Both the position numbers and the translations under genes were made by a program. A model generated the notes under the pieces. The model was given only the letters and a program-made list of their open reading frames with translations, had not been told where the DNA came from and did not search any database. DNA of 64,000 nucleotides from the human T2T-CHM13v2.0 reference genome, Homo sapiens, in the NCBI RefSeq assembly GCF_009914755.1, contig NC_060931.1. One strand, given 5' to 3'. Of the stretch, positions 42,992 through 59,928 are shown one piece after another. Within the stretch, counting starts at the first letter, position 1. Each line of letters opens with the position of its first letter.

Positions 42992-43574
42992 TGTGAGAAA
43001 CAAACTTACCTGTCCGAACCCAAAGAATGGACTGAGAGAGATGGAGAACAGCAGAAGCGAGACTTTTAATGACAGTTTTCCAAGGTGGGGTGTCTGGTGG
43101 GCAGGCACACCCAGTGTGGTTACAACAAGCAATGTATGCCCTAGTGCTTAGATCCCTCCCCCTGTTCCTCATAGGCTGAGTACTATGGGATCACAATCTT
43201 CCAGGATGTTGTCTATTGATCACCGGGTAGGAGAGTTTTAGGTGTTTTCTTTGGGGTTGTCACTGCATTTTGTTGCAGCCAATAATACATTGCAATCATA
43301 GTCAGCTCAGGGGCTTTTTAAGTATTTGACTTATGACATAGGTAGTCAGGCAAGCTGAGAAGAATAGATAAAATGAGCAATGTTGCAGGTTAGTAAACTT
43401 TCATTCTAGACTAAACGCAGGTTCAGGTGAGGGCAGCTAAGGGGTCCCCGACAAGCAGGTGCCAGCTATTAAAGCAGGGGCCTAGTATATTTTGTCTTTC
43501 CATAGTTTGCGGACCTATGCCTACTCGAGGCACTTTGTCTTGGAAATGGACCACCATTTATACAATTACCTACA
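42992..43574 (-). repeat. 3' LTR (583 bp)
   Basis: Direct repeat of 50386-50969; preceded on the minus strand by the PPT AAAAAGAAAAAGAGGAAGGAGT (43575-43596). Confidence 0.95.
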
Positions 43575-43599
43575 ACTCCTTCCTCTTTTTCTTTTTACC

Positions 43600-45600
43600 C
43601 CATTTGTCCAATTTCCACATTTATTTGTGTGTCCTTTGGTGCTCAAATTGTTTTAAGAGCTGTTGACTCTCTTCCTCATAAGAGAGTAGGTCTGAATTTG
43701 TTTCTAATAGCAGTTAATATGTTATGGGCATTTGTTTGTTGATGACTGTTTCAATCAATTTTTGGGTTAACCCTCTAACGTAGGGGATAATGCAATATCA
43801 TAAAGCTGTTAGGACTTCAGCCACTATTATAAGGGATATTCGAATGGAAGCTACCATTCCTTTCCATTTCCGGAACTAACCTTCTAGCCAATCGGTAAAT
43901 GGGTCATCAATTCTGGCATTTTCTGCCAATTCATTGGCTAGAGTTGTTAACCCTTGTAATGCTTTTGTGATGGTTCCATCTGGGGCAGTATTGTTGGGAA
44001 GGAAAGTGCAACCTTTTCTGCCCAGAATAAGACACACACCCACTTTCTCTGCTAGGATTATGTGTAATGTAAGTCTGTTTTCCCAGGCCACTAGGCTGGT
44101 GGCATCTAACTGGCTAGCCATTCCTTTGAGAGTTTCTGGAATATAGTTGATTAATCTTGTTGATTTTAACAGATGTAATTACTCCAATCCACATTTTTAT
44201 TAATAGTTGACCACCAGAAGAGTACTGATTCAAACCCAGCAGCTGTTTGGTTTTGGACCTTAAATTTATTAGGTACTCCTCTAGGGAATCCTATTAAGTC
44301 AATATAAATGTTGGGATCAAAAGAATTTGTTAAATCTCTCCAGCTTCGGTGGCCATGTGGATTCTTGGGGATCTTATGAAATGCTAGAGTGATGGGAATG
44401 GCCAATTAAACTAAGGCACAAAACCTGGTCCAGTCGGACAGTAACGGATCACAGAGGTTTCTTTTCCCGCAATACCACTAGACATCAGCCTGGGGTATAT
44501 AAAGAGCCGAGTAGTTGCCTTTGTTTGACTCACCAGTAACTTTTAGGATGAGGGTATAAGTTGAGAGTTCTCCCACAGGCTTACTGAACTCTGCCCCCTG
44601 CCTAGAGAGGCAAGAGGAGTGGTTCATATTCCCTATGGAGAACAAGGGGATTGCTCTAGAATCTGATCTCCACAAGGTGGGAAAGAGCAATGATAGACTT
44701 GCAAGTCTCATTTCCTTGTGCATCCCTGTCCTCGTAGAGCCAACATGCAACGCATTCCTTCGGGATTAGTATCCCATCCTCGGGGAAAGAGAACCACCTG
44801 TGCCTGAGGTCGACCAGCAGAGCATGTGTAACAGTCACTCTTGAGAGCTAGTACCAAAAATTTGACCCGTGCAACCCAAGCATTTACATCTCCATATCCA
44901 GTCTCAATTTCTAAAGTTTGCCTTTGGTCAGATATCTAAATTATTTTTACTCTCTTAGGGTCATTGCCTGGCATGTTAAAGGAAGTGGTGGGAACAGGAG
45001 TTATAATAAGCCCAGGTGAGCTAGAGATTGTTGGTAATTAGCCTGAGAGCTAACCATCCTGTGGGGCCCCTTCCTGAGACATCTATTCCTAAGCCATACC
45101 TCCTTGGTTTCTGGTCTAGAGTAGCTGGGTTGTTTGTGGCTATTAATATAGGACTGCCTTCTAAATTTCCACAGTTACATGGCATGGCACCCTTATATAA
45201 ATGTATCTTATCCTTTCAAAGTTTATTTTTGGATGAATGACTTACCCAGCCTTGAAATTGAGTGGTCAACCAGACCTCATTCCAGCTAGCACAGGGCTTT
45301 TCTGAGAGGGCCCAAGAGTGGCCTGTTTCAGGACACAGATATTTGTCTGCTTATGACAACTGACTTTGGTTTGTTAAATTCCCCCAAGGTAAGATTTGGC
45401 AGGCATCAAAGTTTATACTTTGGGAGGTGGAGGTCGTAGTTTTGTTGACTATTAGTTTGATTGGATATTCTACTTCTACTAGACCCCATCCCATATTTGC
45501 ATACCTCTCACCCTTGGTATTACGATTAATCCTAAACACATACACCCCAATGATGGAGCCCACTTATAGTTCCCTTCTAGTTTTTCTCAGAGTTAACTTT
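43600..45600 (-). pseudogene. env: ERV env remnant
   Basis: Fragments QSINFDACQ, FWWSTINKNVDW, WENRLTLHIILAEKVGVC...CTFLPNNT; several stops and frameshifts. Confidence 0.85.
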
Positions 45601-45699
45601 ACGGGCTCCTCAGGTGATCCATATACACTTCCCATTAGTCCTTTCCCCTCCATTTCAGGTTCTCTTTTACCAGTCCCTTGACCCATGTGTAATCAGTCC

Positions 45700-47841
<2,142 letters not shown>

Positions 47842-47898
47842 TATTTTTATTTGTCCCTCCCCTACTCCTAATTCTAAACCCAGTCCAACAATCAGGTT

Positions 47899-48174
47899 TC
47901 AACCCAGGAGGTTAGTTCCTGCTTTGGGAACACATGAGAGTGACTCCTTCCTTTGTTTTGATCCCAACCTAATTAACATTTTATTGACTATCGGAACCTG
48001 AAATCCCTCCCTCTTCATACCTGATATTGTTAACTTTTCCTTAGAGAGTTCTGTGCCCCTGGGTTGGTATATTAGAAAGGAGCATGCTGCTCCACTGTCG
48101 ACTAAAAATGTCATTTCATTGCCTTTGGGTCCCACCCTCAAGTTTATCAAGGGTTCCTGGTGGGACCTACTCAA
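47899..48174 (-). pseudogene. pro: ERV protease remnant
   Basis: FLVDSGAA active-site motif and NLLG. Confidence 0.88.
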
Positions 48175-48202
48175 AAGGAACCCCTGATCCCTCTAATCCT
48201 CA

Positions 48203-50080
<1,878 letters not shown>

Positions 50081-50365
50081 TTTACCATTTTCGGTCAGTC
50101 ACTGTGTCTGAGCTTTTCCCTGTGTACTCACCATTCCCTACTGGAGGTTTCTTGCACAACCCGAGAATCACTTTGTCTGTCTGCAGCCATTTCCCTCGCA
50201 GGAGAATGAAATTGCAGATTGGGACTCTGCAGTTTCTTCTTATCTAAGATAAGTCTCAGTCACACACACTTAACCTCTGAAAACGCCCAGACAGAGCAGG
50301 CCATCTAAATTGGGTAGTTCGCATCTCTGCTCTTTACAGGAATCCCACTGTACACAGGCACAGAG

Positions 50366-50382
50366 ATTCCGGACAAGCCCCA
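50366..50382 (-). promoter_or_regulatory. Primer-binding site, tRNA-Pro-like
   Basis: TGGGGCTTGTCCGGAAT next to the 5' LTR versus canonical PBS-Pro TGGGGGCTCGTCCGGGAT. Confidence 0.8.
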
Positions 50383-50385
50383 GTT

Positions 50386-50969
50386 TGTGAGAAACAAACT
50401 CACCCATTTAACCCAAAGAATGGACTTAGAGACACAGAGAAGAGCAGAAGCAAGACTTTTAATGACAGTCTTGCAAGATCTGGTGTCTGATGGGCAGGCA
50501 TGCCCAGCATGGTTACCACAAGCAATTTATCCCCTTGTGCACAGGTCCCTCCCCCAGTTCCTCATAGGCTGAGTACTATGGGGCCACAATCTTCCTGGAC
50601 ATTGTCTGTTTGTCATCGGGTAGGGGTTTTAGGTGTTTTCTTTAGGGTTGTTTGTCTGCATTTTGTTGCAGCCCATAATGCATTGCAATCATAGTCACCT
50701 CAGGGGCTTTTCAAGTATTTGACTTATGACCTGTGTAGTCAGGCAAGCTGATAAGACTAGGTAAAGTGAGCTATTTTGCAGTCTAGTTAACTTTCATTCT
50801 ACACTAAAGTCTTTGGTTCAGGTGAGGGCAACTAAGGGGACCCCAACAAGTAGGTGCCAACTGTTAAAGCAGTGGCCTGGTATATTTCCTCCTTCCATAG
50901 TTTGCAGACCGAAGTCTACTCGAGGTACTTTGTCTTGGAAATAGACCATCATTTACATTATTTCCTACA
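50386..50969 (-). repeat. 5' LTR (584 bp)
   Basis: TGTAGG...CTCACA on the minus strand, with an ATTAAA poly(A) signal. Confidence 0.95.
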
Positions 50970-51769
50970 GGCAGCAGCTGTCTGAAAGGAAAGACAAGGC
51001 ATAATAGCTGAGCAGACAGGAGACTAGGTGAGGTGGCAGGAAAAGGAGACCCACTGGATAAGGAGATGTTGGGTGATATGTGGCCACAGAGAAGAATGAG
51101 AGAACACCCAAAGCTTCTATGTGCCTGTGAGAAAGGCCTGGAGGCTAGCTGAGAGATAAATAAATACCAGACATGAAGCAGTGTTTAATTTGGAACATGA
51201 TACACATCAGTGGGTGCTGTGTGAACTACACAAGCAGAGCCTGAATAAAAATGGAATACCTCAGCAGACACCAGTGTTTGAAGATGATCATGTCTGTGCA
51301 TGAGATGGCACAAAGAACACGGAAGCAAACAAGAACACACAAAGGACTAAATAGTGTTCCAAGTGTCCTAACTCCCAACATCATGGCTCTAGAATGACAT
51401 ACCAGGAAGAAGCTCGTAGCGTTGGGATAGGCTGGAGTGGGGATAGAATTGGGGAATTTTAAACAGACTCAGTTTGAACCCATAACACTAAATGTACCTA
51501 GAATTGACTGATATGCTTTTTCATATTACAAATAATTCAAGACTTAAAATGAAAATTTTACTTGGTGATCAAATAATAAATGTCTTGCCAGCTGAAGGAT
51601 GGCAGAGGGAAGAGTGGAGAAGGGACTTAGTATGTCTTCTTATTTTTCTCACTATCTTTTCAATACCTAACTCAAAAGTATTAAAACTTATATGTTAATG
51701 GCTGAACTACTTTCTTAGTGAGGCAATGATAGGAGCCCTTTGTTCTTTCCATGTTTAGAAGTATAAAGC

Positions 51770-51773
51770 TATA

Positions 51774-51815
<42 letters not shown>

Positions 51816-51820
51816 CACAC
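51770..51820. repeat. (AT)n(AC)n microsatellite
   Basis: Direct reading. Confidence 0.9.
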
Positions 51821-52589
51821 GCATGCCCTAATGAGGTTATTTTGTGCTACTAAATCAATAATTCACACATTGATAATCATAATATAGAAAATAAATGAAT
51901 TTGGTCTTTTGTCTTTTCACTTAGAAATCACTCCAAATACTTATTCAAATTGCTTTAACTTTTGGCACATATGAATGTCCCTTAAAATGGTAAGCTCATG
52001 TATAGAAAAACTTTTAGTATTATATTTTACTGACAAAGAACTTGCTGAAAATGCTTATATGTCATATTGGATGACTAGAAATTCATATTCTTTATCAATT
52101 TTCCTTTTCTTAGGAAACTGAATATATTTGTATAAGACAAAACTGTATAATGATGATCTAATTTTCCTTTCATAGCCCTTACAATATACTTAAATTTCTC
52201 TTTACCACTAATTTTGGCTTCATTCAGTGGTTTATTTTATTTTTTATTTTCTTTCAATTTATTCCAAATGATTCTAAAATAGTATTTTAAAATGTCTAAT
52301 AGACTATTCAGAAAGAAGGAAGCACTCTCATAACAAATAGTATCTGTAATTATGTCAATGAAACTCAAATAACAGTATCGTCTGCTCCTTTAGATTCTAC
52401 CAGATTTGAGGGCCACAGAAAGGTTGCCAGGAATCAGATAGATCCAGACCAGGGTTAGATGTTTCATCTAATAGCAATGATATTATCTCCTTAACTTGAG
52501 ACTTTGTAAAGACAGGAAAAGAATTAGTAGTGAATACCTGAACCTACTGTATAGGATGAACTATAAGCAGTGCACCTGACAATATAGCT

Positions 52590-52890
52590 CACTGAGAATT
52601 AGACTGGGGTTTGCATGGAAATTGTAGATTAAATCTGAGAACTGGCATCTTAACAATACTGAGTTTTTCCATCTATAAATGGATATAGCTATTTTTGACA
52701 GTGTTTCTTGACCTCCTTCCTCAAAAGTTTGCAGATTTCAGCATATCTCCTACACATATTTTGTCAGGTTTATACCTAAGTTTATACATTTTTTTGATGT
52801 TAATGCAAATGGCATTAACTTAAGAAACTTTTTAAATTTTGATAGTTTATTGCTGTCATACAGAAATGAATGGATTTTGTATTTTAAAAT
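52590..52890 (-). mobile_element. Old L1M ORF2 fragment
   Basis: gtagattaaatctgagaactggcatcttaacaatactgagt...ttatacctaagt...ttattgctg resembles antisense L1 ORF2. Confidence 0.65.
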
Positions 52891-54444
52891 ACATGCTTTT
52901 AAGGTATATATTGAAATTAAAATGTTGACACTATAAGGAACATAAATCTCAATTTAGATTTAATTAATGTCATCTCTTATCCCTTGTGAGAAAGTAAAGT
53001 AAAATAGCTTATATTTTGTGACTTTCATCTCCTGTTTTGCCAGTTGGGTAGGAAACGTTGTACTTTGATGTATCATTAATAGTTATGATTAATGGAGATA
53101 GTTAAACGTAGCAGTACTAATGGAGAAAGACAGTGAAGATGGGTACTTTTGTGAGTAATGCTATTGAGCTTTTAATTAATTGACTATTACCTAAATATAA
53201 GCTATTCATAGAACTCGTTCTCATTCTCCACTCCCACTTCCTCCAGACAAGAAAGACAATAAAATCCTGGAAATTTTGTCTACCGACCTATAAATTCCAA
53301 TAAATATTATATTTATACAAACAGTTGAAGCATCTCAAGACATAATCTATTTTAATATTATTTTAATGTCACTCAACTTGTGATTGAAGAGATTTTCTTT
53401 GACACGAACTGCTAATTATTCTGAACATAAATTTAGCAGTCTGTAATATAGATCATTCCTAAGAAATGAAAATTTGAGGCAGCAGTAAAGGCAAAATGGC
53501 ATAAGATTGGAATTTAGAGGCCTCCAGACAGCTGACACTTTCTAAATTAAATAAATACATGAAACTCTGTGGTTCTTTCATCCAGCTGAAATGACATAGT
53601 GCACATCAAACATTATACAACATTCATTAGCATTATAGCAGTGCACATAGCAGGATCTTGCATTTTTTAAAATAATAGTTCTAGAATTGTTTGTAATCTC
53701 AAAAATACACATTCTTAACCTTTGTAAGACATTTGCTCTGGCAAAAAGACATTTGTATATTAAAAAATAAAGATTTGAGGAAGGATAATATAAAAACATA
53801 GTAAGCACAACTAAAGATATTTTTAAATGCTTTAAAGATCATATGGGGGATATAATAACTGTCTTGTGGGAAAGAGAGACCATTACGTCTTGTGACTTTT
53901 GTTGCTCAAAGTACATGCATACTTACAATGGGAGCATATAAAAAAGAGAGTAGATGTGGAGGTTTTAGTAAATGATTAGACTATCATGATGAAATTACTG
54001 TCTGAAACTGCAGTTTTTCAGGAATAGTGAAAACATCATTGGAATAAACTAAGACATCTACTAGGATTTGAGAAGTGCAACATAAAATGTCATAGAAGTC
54101 ATGTATTTGTTTCTTCAATAATATTTTTACTGTGCACCTGCTACATGCTAGGGTCACAGTGTTAGGCAAACCACATATGGATCCAATATTTTAAAGCCTA
54201 AACCTAATCACACCAGTCAATGAAAACTTGCCAAAAAATAGTAGTTACTTTAAATAAAAATACGTATTTCTATAGAAGATAAAACAGAAAGCTAGCCTAA
54301 TGTGGTGGCAAGGATCAAGAAAAGGCTACCTGAAGAAATGTAACTTAAACCACATCTTAAAGGTAGACAGGAGGCTAACTGGATGGAAATGGCTTACCAA
54401 CATTTTTCCATTGGTGGCAGTAGAAAAATGCTCTAACAAAGTTG

Positions 54445-54800
54445 CATTGTAATTCCAGGTTTTATCCAGTTCTGCTGCAATAACCAGCAACCCTAAAATT
54501 TTAGTGGTTTATTACAACCACAGTTGTTTTTTCTCGCAATCACAAGTGTCTTTCACAAATCAACTGCACCTTTTTGTGTGTGATATGACAATCTCAGGGC
54601 AGAGGGAGAAGACCAATGGTAGACCCACAAGTTATCTCTTAAATCCTGTGCTTACAAGTGGCATACAATGCCACCACTCACATTGATTAGCCAAAGAAAA
54701 CTACATGGCCAAGCCTTCCATCAGCAGACTCAATAAGTATAATCCTTCTACAGGGAGAGGAAGCAAATTTTGGAGAACAATAATACAATTTACCAAAATT
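54445..54800. mobile_element. MLT1-type MaLR LTR, degenerate
   Basis: gctgcaataacca...ccctaaaattttagtggttta...ttagccaaagaaaactacatggccaagcc. Confidence 0.6.
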
Positions 54801-55519
54801 TCTAGTAATTTTAAAGTTTATAATATGATGCTATTTCAAAACACCAGTAAAAATGCATTTTGAGTTTCTAAATAACTTTCTCATTCTGATGTGTACCTTA
54901 CCATTGGTAAAATGTTTTTGATCATTGTAACTGTGAAATGTGAGATTCTGATGCTAGAAACTGTGATATTGAGGGACAGATAATTTTTTTCTTGCATTCT
55001 ATTTTCTCTGTTATTATATTGCTATTATTCCCATAAAACAAAATCTCATCTCTAACTCTTTCTATTTCTACTCACTTGATACAGAAATAAAGAGCATTTC
55101 TGGTATAGGAATCTTGAATTTCACACTGTCCTATGCTTTTATAAAGGCAGGCCTGAGTGGATATCAAGTGTAGACAATTTGGTTGACAAGACTTCATCAG
55201 GGCATGGCTATTTGTTCCAAATTGCAACCCAGTAAAACAAAAGGGATCTGGTCTCTTGTTATCAGCCGTGTCCCATGGGCTTTTCAGTACAATCGCAGCT
55301 TTCTTCGCAGTCCATGCTAATCTCTCCTTACACACTCAGTGTCATAAGATAGAAAGAATAACAAAATCCTTCCATTTTGGACATAACGGCATATTTCTCA
55401 GTGAAGGAAGCCAACCCATAAGCTACATCTTCTCTTATTATTGCCATACAGACAACCCTTAAACCATATGTTATATTAAACACTAGAGTTCTTTTTTTCC
55501 ACTGGAATTTATGCCTTTC

Positions 55520-56670
55520 TCATGTCAGTCCTTTGCTTTGAGTTCTACTTTTTGCCCCACTTTTTCTTCTCCTCTGCTTTCTAGACCACATTTTACAGGA
55601 GTCCATGTCAGCTGGCTTCCTCATAGTTTGTTCAATGGCAGGCCCCAGTGGAAGATGGAAGGGTGGGAGGTTGGGAGGAGGAAGAGATGGAGAATCACAG
55701 TAATCTCTCCCCTGGCTGTTTGCCTTGGCTGGTGTCTCTAGCAGTGGCTGCATCTCCTCCTTAGCACCAGCTCCAGCCAGACAAGCCCACCAGAATTTCA
55801 GGCGGAATCTCTCACCCTGATCTCTAGTGCTACCAATTCTTCCTTTGTTTCTTTCAGTTTAGGGGATTTGAAGCTTCCTGCTGTTGCTAAATTCTAGGTT
55901 GTCTTACTATCCGCTGTTTGGATTTTCTATGTATCCATCACCTATATAACAATTCCTTTGCTGTTGTGAATAGTGCCACAATAAACATACGTGTGCATGT
56001 GTCTTTATAGCAGCATGATTTATAATCCTTTGGGTATATACCCAGTAATGGGATGGCTGAGTCAAATGGTATTTATAGTTCTAGATCCCTGAGGAATCGC
56101 CACACTGACTTCCACAATGGTTGAACTAGTTTACAGTCCCACCAATAGTGTAAAAGTGTTCCTATTTCTCCACATCCTCTCCAGCACCTGTTGTTTCCTG
56201 ACTTTTTAATGATCACCATTTTAACTGGTGTGAGATGGTATCTCATTGTGGTTTTGATTTGCATTTCTCTGATGGCCAGTGATGATGAGCATTTTTTCAT
56301 GTGTTTTTTGGCTGCTTAAATGTCTTCTTTTGAGAAGTGTCTGTTCATATCCTTCGCCCACTTTTTGATGGGGTTGTTTGTTTTTTTCTTGTAAATTTGT
56401 TTGAGTTCATTGTTGTGGGGTGGGGGGAGGGGGGAGGGGTAACATTAGGAGATATACCTAATGCTAAATGATGAGTTAATGGGTGCAGCACACCAACATG
56501 GCACATGTATACATATGTAACAAACCTGCACTTTGTGCACATGTACCCTAAAACTTAAAGTATAATAATAAAATAAAATAAAGAAGAAACTAAAAAAAAA
56601 ATTCCTTATAGCCATTTCTATCTGTTTCAGTTAAAGTGGTTTCATTTCCCAGCTGCATTCTGACTGATTA
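55520..56670 (+). mobile_element. LTR33-like ERVL LTR split by an L1
   Basis: gcagtggctgcatctcctcc...gcttcctgctgttgctaa...ccatcacctatataacaattcc, resuming with agtggtttc...ctgactgat. Confidence 0.8.
55959..56596 (+). mobile_element. 5'-inverted L1PA insertion
   Basis: Antisense piece about 55956-56413, sense 3'UTR and tail 56411-56596; TSD aa[c/a]aattcctt at 55948-55958 and 56597-56607. Confidence 0.92.
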
Positions 56671-57811
56671 TTTGCCCTAAATATCAATCATGGTCTATTC
56701 TTTTAACAGTATTACTTCAGCAGTATTAGAATTACAGTGTTTCACAATAACAAATCATCCATAATCATCATAAAGTGTATGATAAGTTGGTCAGTTATAC
56801 AGTAAAAACCATACCTTAAAATACATGTTCTATTCACTTTGATTTAAAACATCCATCACCCTGGTGTCAATATAACAGCAGAAAATTTCTATTTCTCCTA
56901 TTCTCTTATCCTATGTTGTCATTTATGGAGGTACCACTTTGTACTTAAAATCCACTGTAACAGCCCTGATTGATAAACTGATCTAGTCTCTAATAACTAC
57001 TTATTCATCCACTACACAAGAATGACTACTACCTGAACCAATTAGGATTTATGTGCTTCTTTGTAATCCAACTCTAAAAAGACTGCACACATTGGAAGAC
57101 CTCAAGTTCTCTCCCCATGCATTGTGACAGTCATCGTAGGCATTTTACCAGAAACTTCAAATCATATGCTGACATCTCTCAAAGTTTGTTTGGACTCATA
57201 GGGTTTATTTATTTGGTAAATATGTAGGCAACTTTTTACAGAATATTATAATAATCTGTATCTTGAAAGATAAGGAAAGAAGAGCAAGTTTTATTTTTTT
57301 CTTAGTAAACAGCAACTTAATAATAAAATAGCAAGAATAAAAACCTGATAGTGGCAAATATTTTTAATCTTCCTATTCTTGATAGACTCCTCTTCGAGCA
57401 AAATATTTAAAAAGAGAGGACCCATTTCAGCATCTACTTTGCTTGAATATATCTGATATCAGATGTAACAGCCATAATAACAGTGGCTGAACAGAAACAA
57501 TGAAGTCATGCCCAAAATCTAATGGAAAAGGAGAAGTTGATGAACAGCATAAGGGCATTAGGCATTGTTTATGCAATGCAGAGTGTAAAAGATACTCTAA
57601 TTTTGCCATATCCATCTCTCTTCACTCATAACTTTGGCACATTCCAGCTTACGCATTGCGAGTGCCAACATTTCTGTGACAGAGGGCTTCTTCTAGCTAC
57701 TGGAGCCTCATTTCTGTTTGTGAAAAGGAATGGACGCTGGAAAATTAATGCCACCACCCCTTCACCCACATAGAGCACTGAACCAGTGAGTCTTAATTAA
57801 GAGTTGGTGTA

Positions 57812-58104
57812 GGCCGGGCGCAGTGGCTCACACCTGTAATCCCAGCACTTTGGGAGGCTGAGGCAGGTGGATCACAGTGTCAGGAGTTCAAGACCAGCCT
57901 GGCCAAGATGGTGAAGCCCCGTCTCTACTCTAAATACAAAAATTACCCAGGCTTGGTGGTGGGTGCTTGTAATCCCAGCTACTCAGAAGGCTGAGGCAGA
58001 GAATTGCTTGAACCCGGGAGGTGGAGGTTGCAGTGAGCCGAGATCGCGCCATTGCACTCCAGCCTTGGCGACAGAGTGAGACTCTGTTTAAAAAAAAAAA
58101 AAAA
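57812..58104 (+). mobile_element. Alu (AluSg/Sc-like)
   Basis: TSD aa[g/a]agttggtgta at 57799-57811 and 58105-58117. Confidence 0.95.
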
Positions 58105-58839
58105 AAAAGTTGGTGTATACATCCTCACCTCCTTCACCTTCCAAAGTTCCCTAGTGGAATTAAATCTCCAACTGTCCATAGGGGACAACCCTCCTTTACT
58201 GGCCAAATTATCTTCTTTTTCTATATAGGAAACTTTCTATATAGGAGACTTTGCAGTCTCCTAATAATGGCTCCTTCACATCTCAAATGAACACTTGCCC
58301 TTGAATCTTCATCTCAAGATTTATTTCTGGAGCAACCCAAATTTAAACAGTTGGTACAAGAAGTTATCACTGCATCCAGTCCTATGTGTTCATGGTCCCC
58401 TGGTCGGATTGAGGACCTAGAGAAAGCAAGTTATGCATGAATCTGGCAGAATCCTGACATTGATTTCCTGAACTGTGGAGTAAGATCTATAATAGTATAC
58501 AGGTCAAGTGGAAAACCCTGATATTGTATCCTTCTCAGAATCAGAATTGATACTGAATCTTTGGTAAGATGGCAGATATGAGTGCCATCCTGAAAGTCAT
58601 AAAAATGCAGAAGCTGTGATCCCAATTTTATCTGCATTTGTTTCTCCAGTCTGGCTCTGAAAAACTGAGGTGGAAATATAATAGATGGTGGTGAACCACC
58701 ACAAGCTCAACCAAGTGGTAGCCCCTGTCACAGCTGCTTGGCTCAATTTAATGTCTTCACTAGCATAGCACAAAATGCACTTTGGAATTTGGTGTTTAGC
58801 AGATTAATTATTTTCAATCATCATGAGAAAATGGAACCA

Positions 58840-59167
58840 GGCTGGGCATGATGGCTCATGCCTTTAATCCCAGCACTTTGGGAGGCCGAGGCAGGCAGAT
58901 CACCAGAGGTCAGGAGTTCGAGACCAGCCTGACTGACATGGTGAAACCCCATCTCTACTGAAAATACAAAAATTAGCCGGGCGTGGTGGCACACCTGTGG
59001 CCCCAGCTGCTCGGGAGGCTGAAGCAGGAGGATCGCTTGAACCCAGGAGGCAGAGGTTGCAGTGAGCTGAGATTGTGCCACTGCACTCCACTCCAGCCTG
59101 GGTGACAGAGTAAGACTTGGTCTCAAAAAGAAACAAACAAAAAAGAAACAAGGAAAAACAAACAGAA
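58840..59167 (+). mobile_element. AluS
   Basis: TSD agaaaatggaa[c/t]ca at 58826-58839 and 59168-59181. Confidence 0.95.
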
Positions 59168-59284
59168 AGAAAATGGAATCAGAAAAACTGCATTCACTTT
59201 TGAGTGCAATTTGAGTGCACTTTTGAACTGATAGAAATATATAGACAAATATATATATATAGAGAGAGAAATATATATCATATA

Positions 59285-59928
59285 TGTTTTCTACTGTCAC
59301 ATGTAAGAGTTAATTTTATTCAGACTCTTTAAATTTTGACATCAGTATTTTTATATATATAATATATGATTTATATTTTATATATGTATCTTATATATCA
59401 CATAAAACATATATATATATATATATATATGTTTTCTTTCTCAGGGTTATGTTAACTCCTTTGCTGTCAGTCATAACATAGGTTAAAAGGTGGTAAAGAA
59501 ATTTAACATTTAATATTTTGGTTTTTTGGTATCAAAAATATTTGGTATCTTTTTCTGGTTTTTTAAGCTTTTACTTATAAGCACTGTATATTATTATAAA
59601 CATGAAGGTTTTACAATTAATCACTTCGTATAAATCAGGAATATATATTGACAAGATTCTTGAAAAAATTAAAATATGGTATAATGCAAATGATTGCCTG
59701 TAGCTCAGGAAAATAGGATAAAATTAGGATAGAATTTGCAGAAACAGTATCATACACAGATTTAAGAAGTTCAGTTCTTAAAACAATTTGGATGAAAATT
59801 GGAGATAATGTGCTATTGAAAACCATGATAGGTGACTTGAAAATTGGCTGCAATGATGATAAAAATACTGATGTCAAAATTTAAAGAGTCTGAATAAAAT
59901 TAACTCTTACATGTGACAGTAGAAAACA
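59285..59928. repeat. Perfect 70-bp inverted repeat (arms 59285-59354 and 59859-59928, 504-bp spacer)
   Basis: Base-by-base reverse-complement identity, 70/70. Confidence 0.97.

Larger units (their letters stand above)
57650..59480 (+). mobile_element. LTR16-like LTR followed by ERVL internal (pol) remnant, interrupted by two Alus
   Basis: LTR16-like end ttgaatcttcatctcaag...aacccaaatttaaaca then gttggtac; RT-like cagggttatgttaactcc (QGYVNS) near 59443. Confidence 0.65.

Noticed and set aside
43600-45600. Domesticated syncytin-like env
   Set aside because: Broken by stops and frameshifts; the longest fragments are 90 aa or less.
59285-59928. Inverted repeat read as MITE terminal repeats
   Set aside because: No matching TSD outside the arms, and perfect identity is incompatible with the age of primate DNA transposons.
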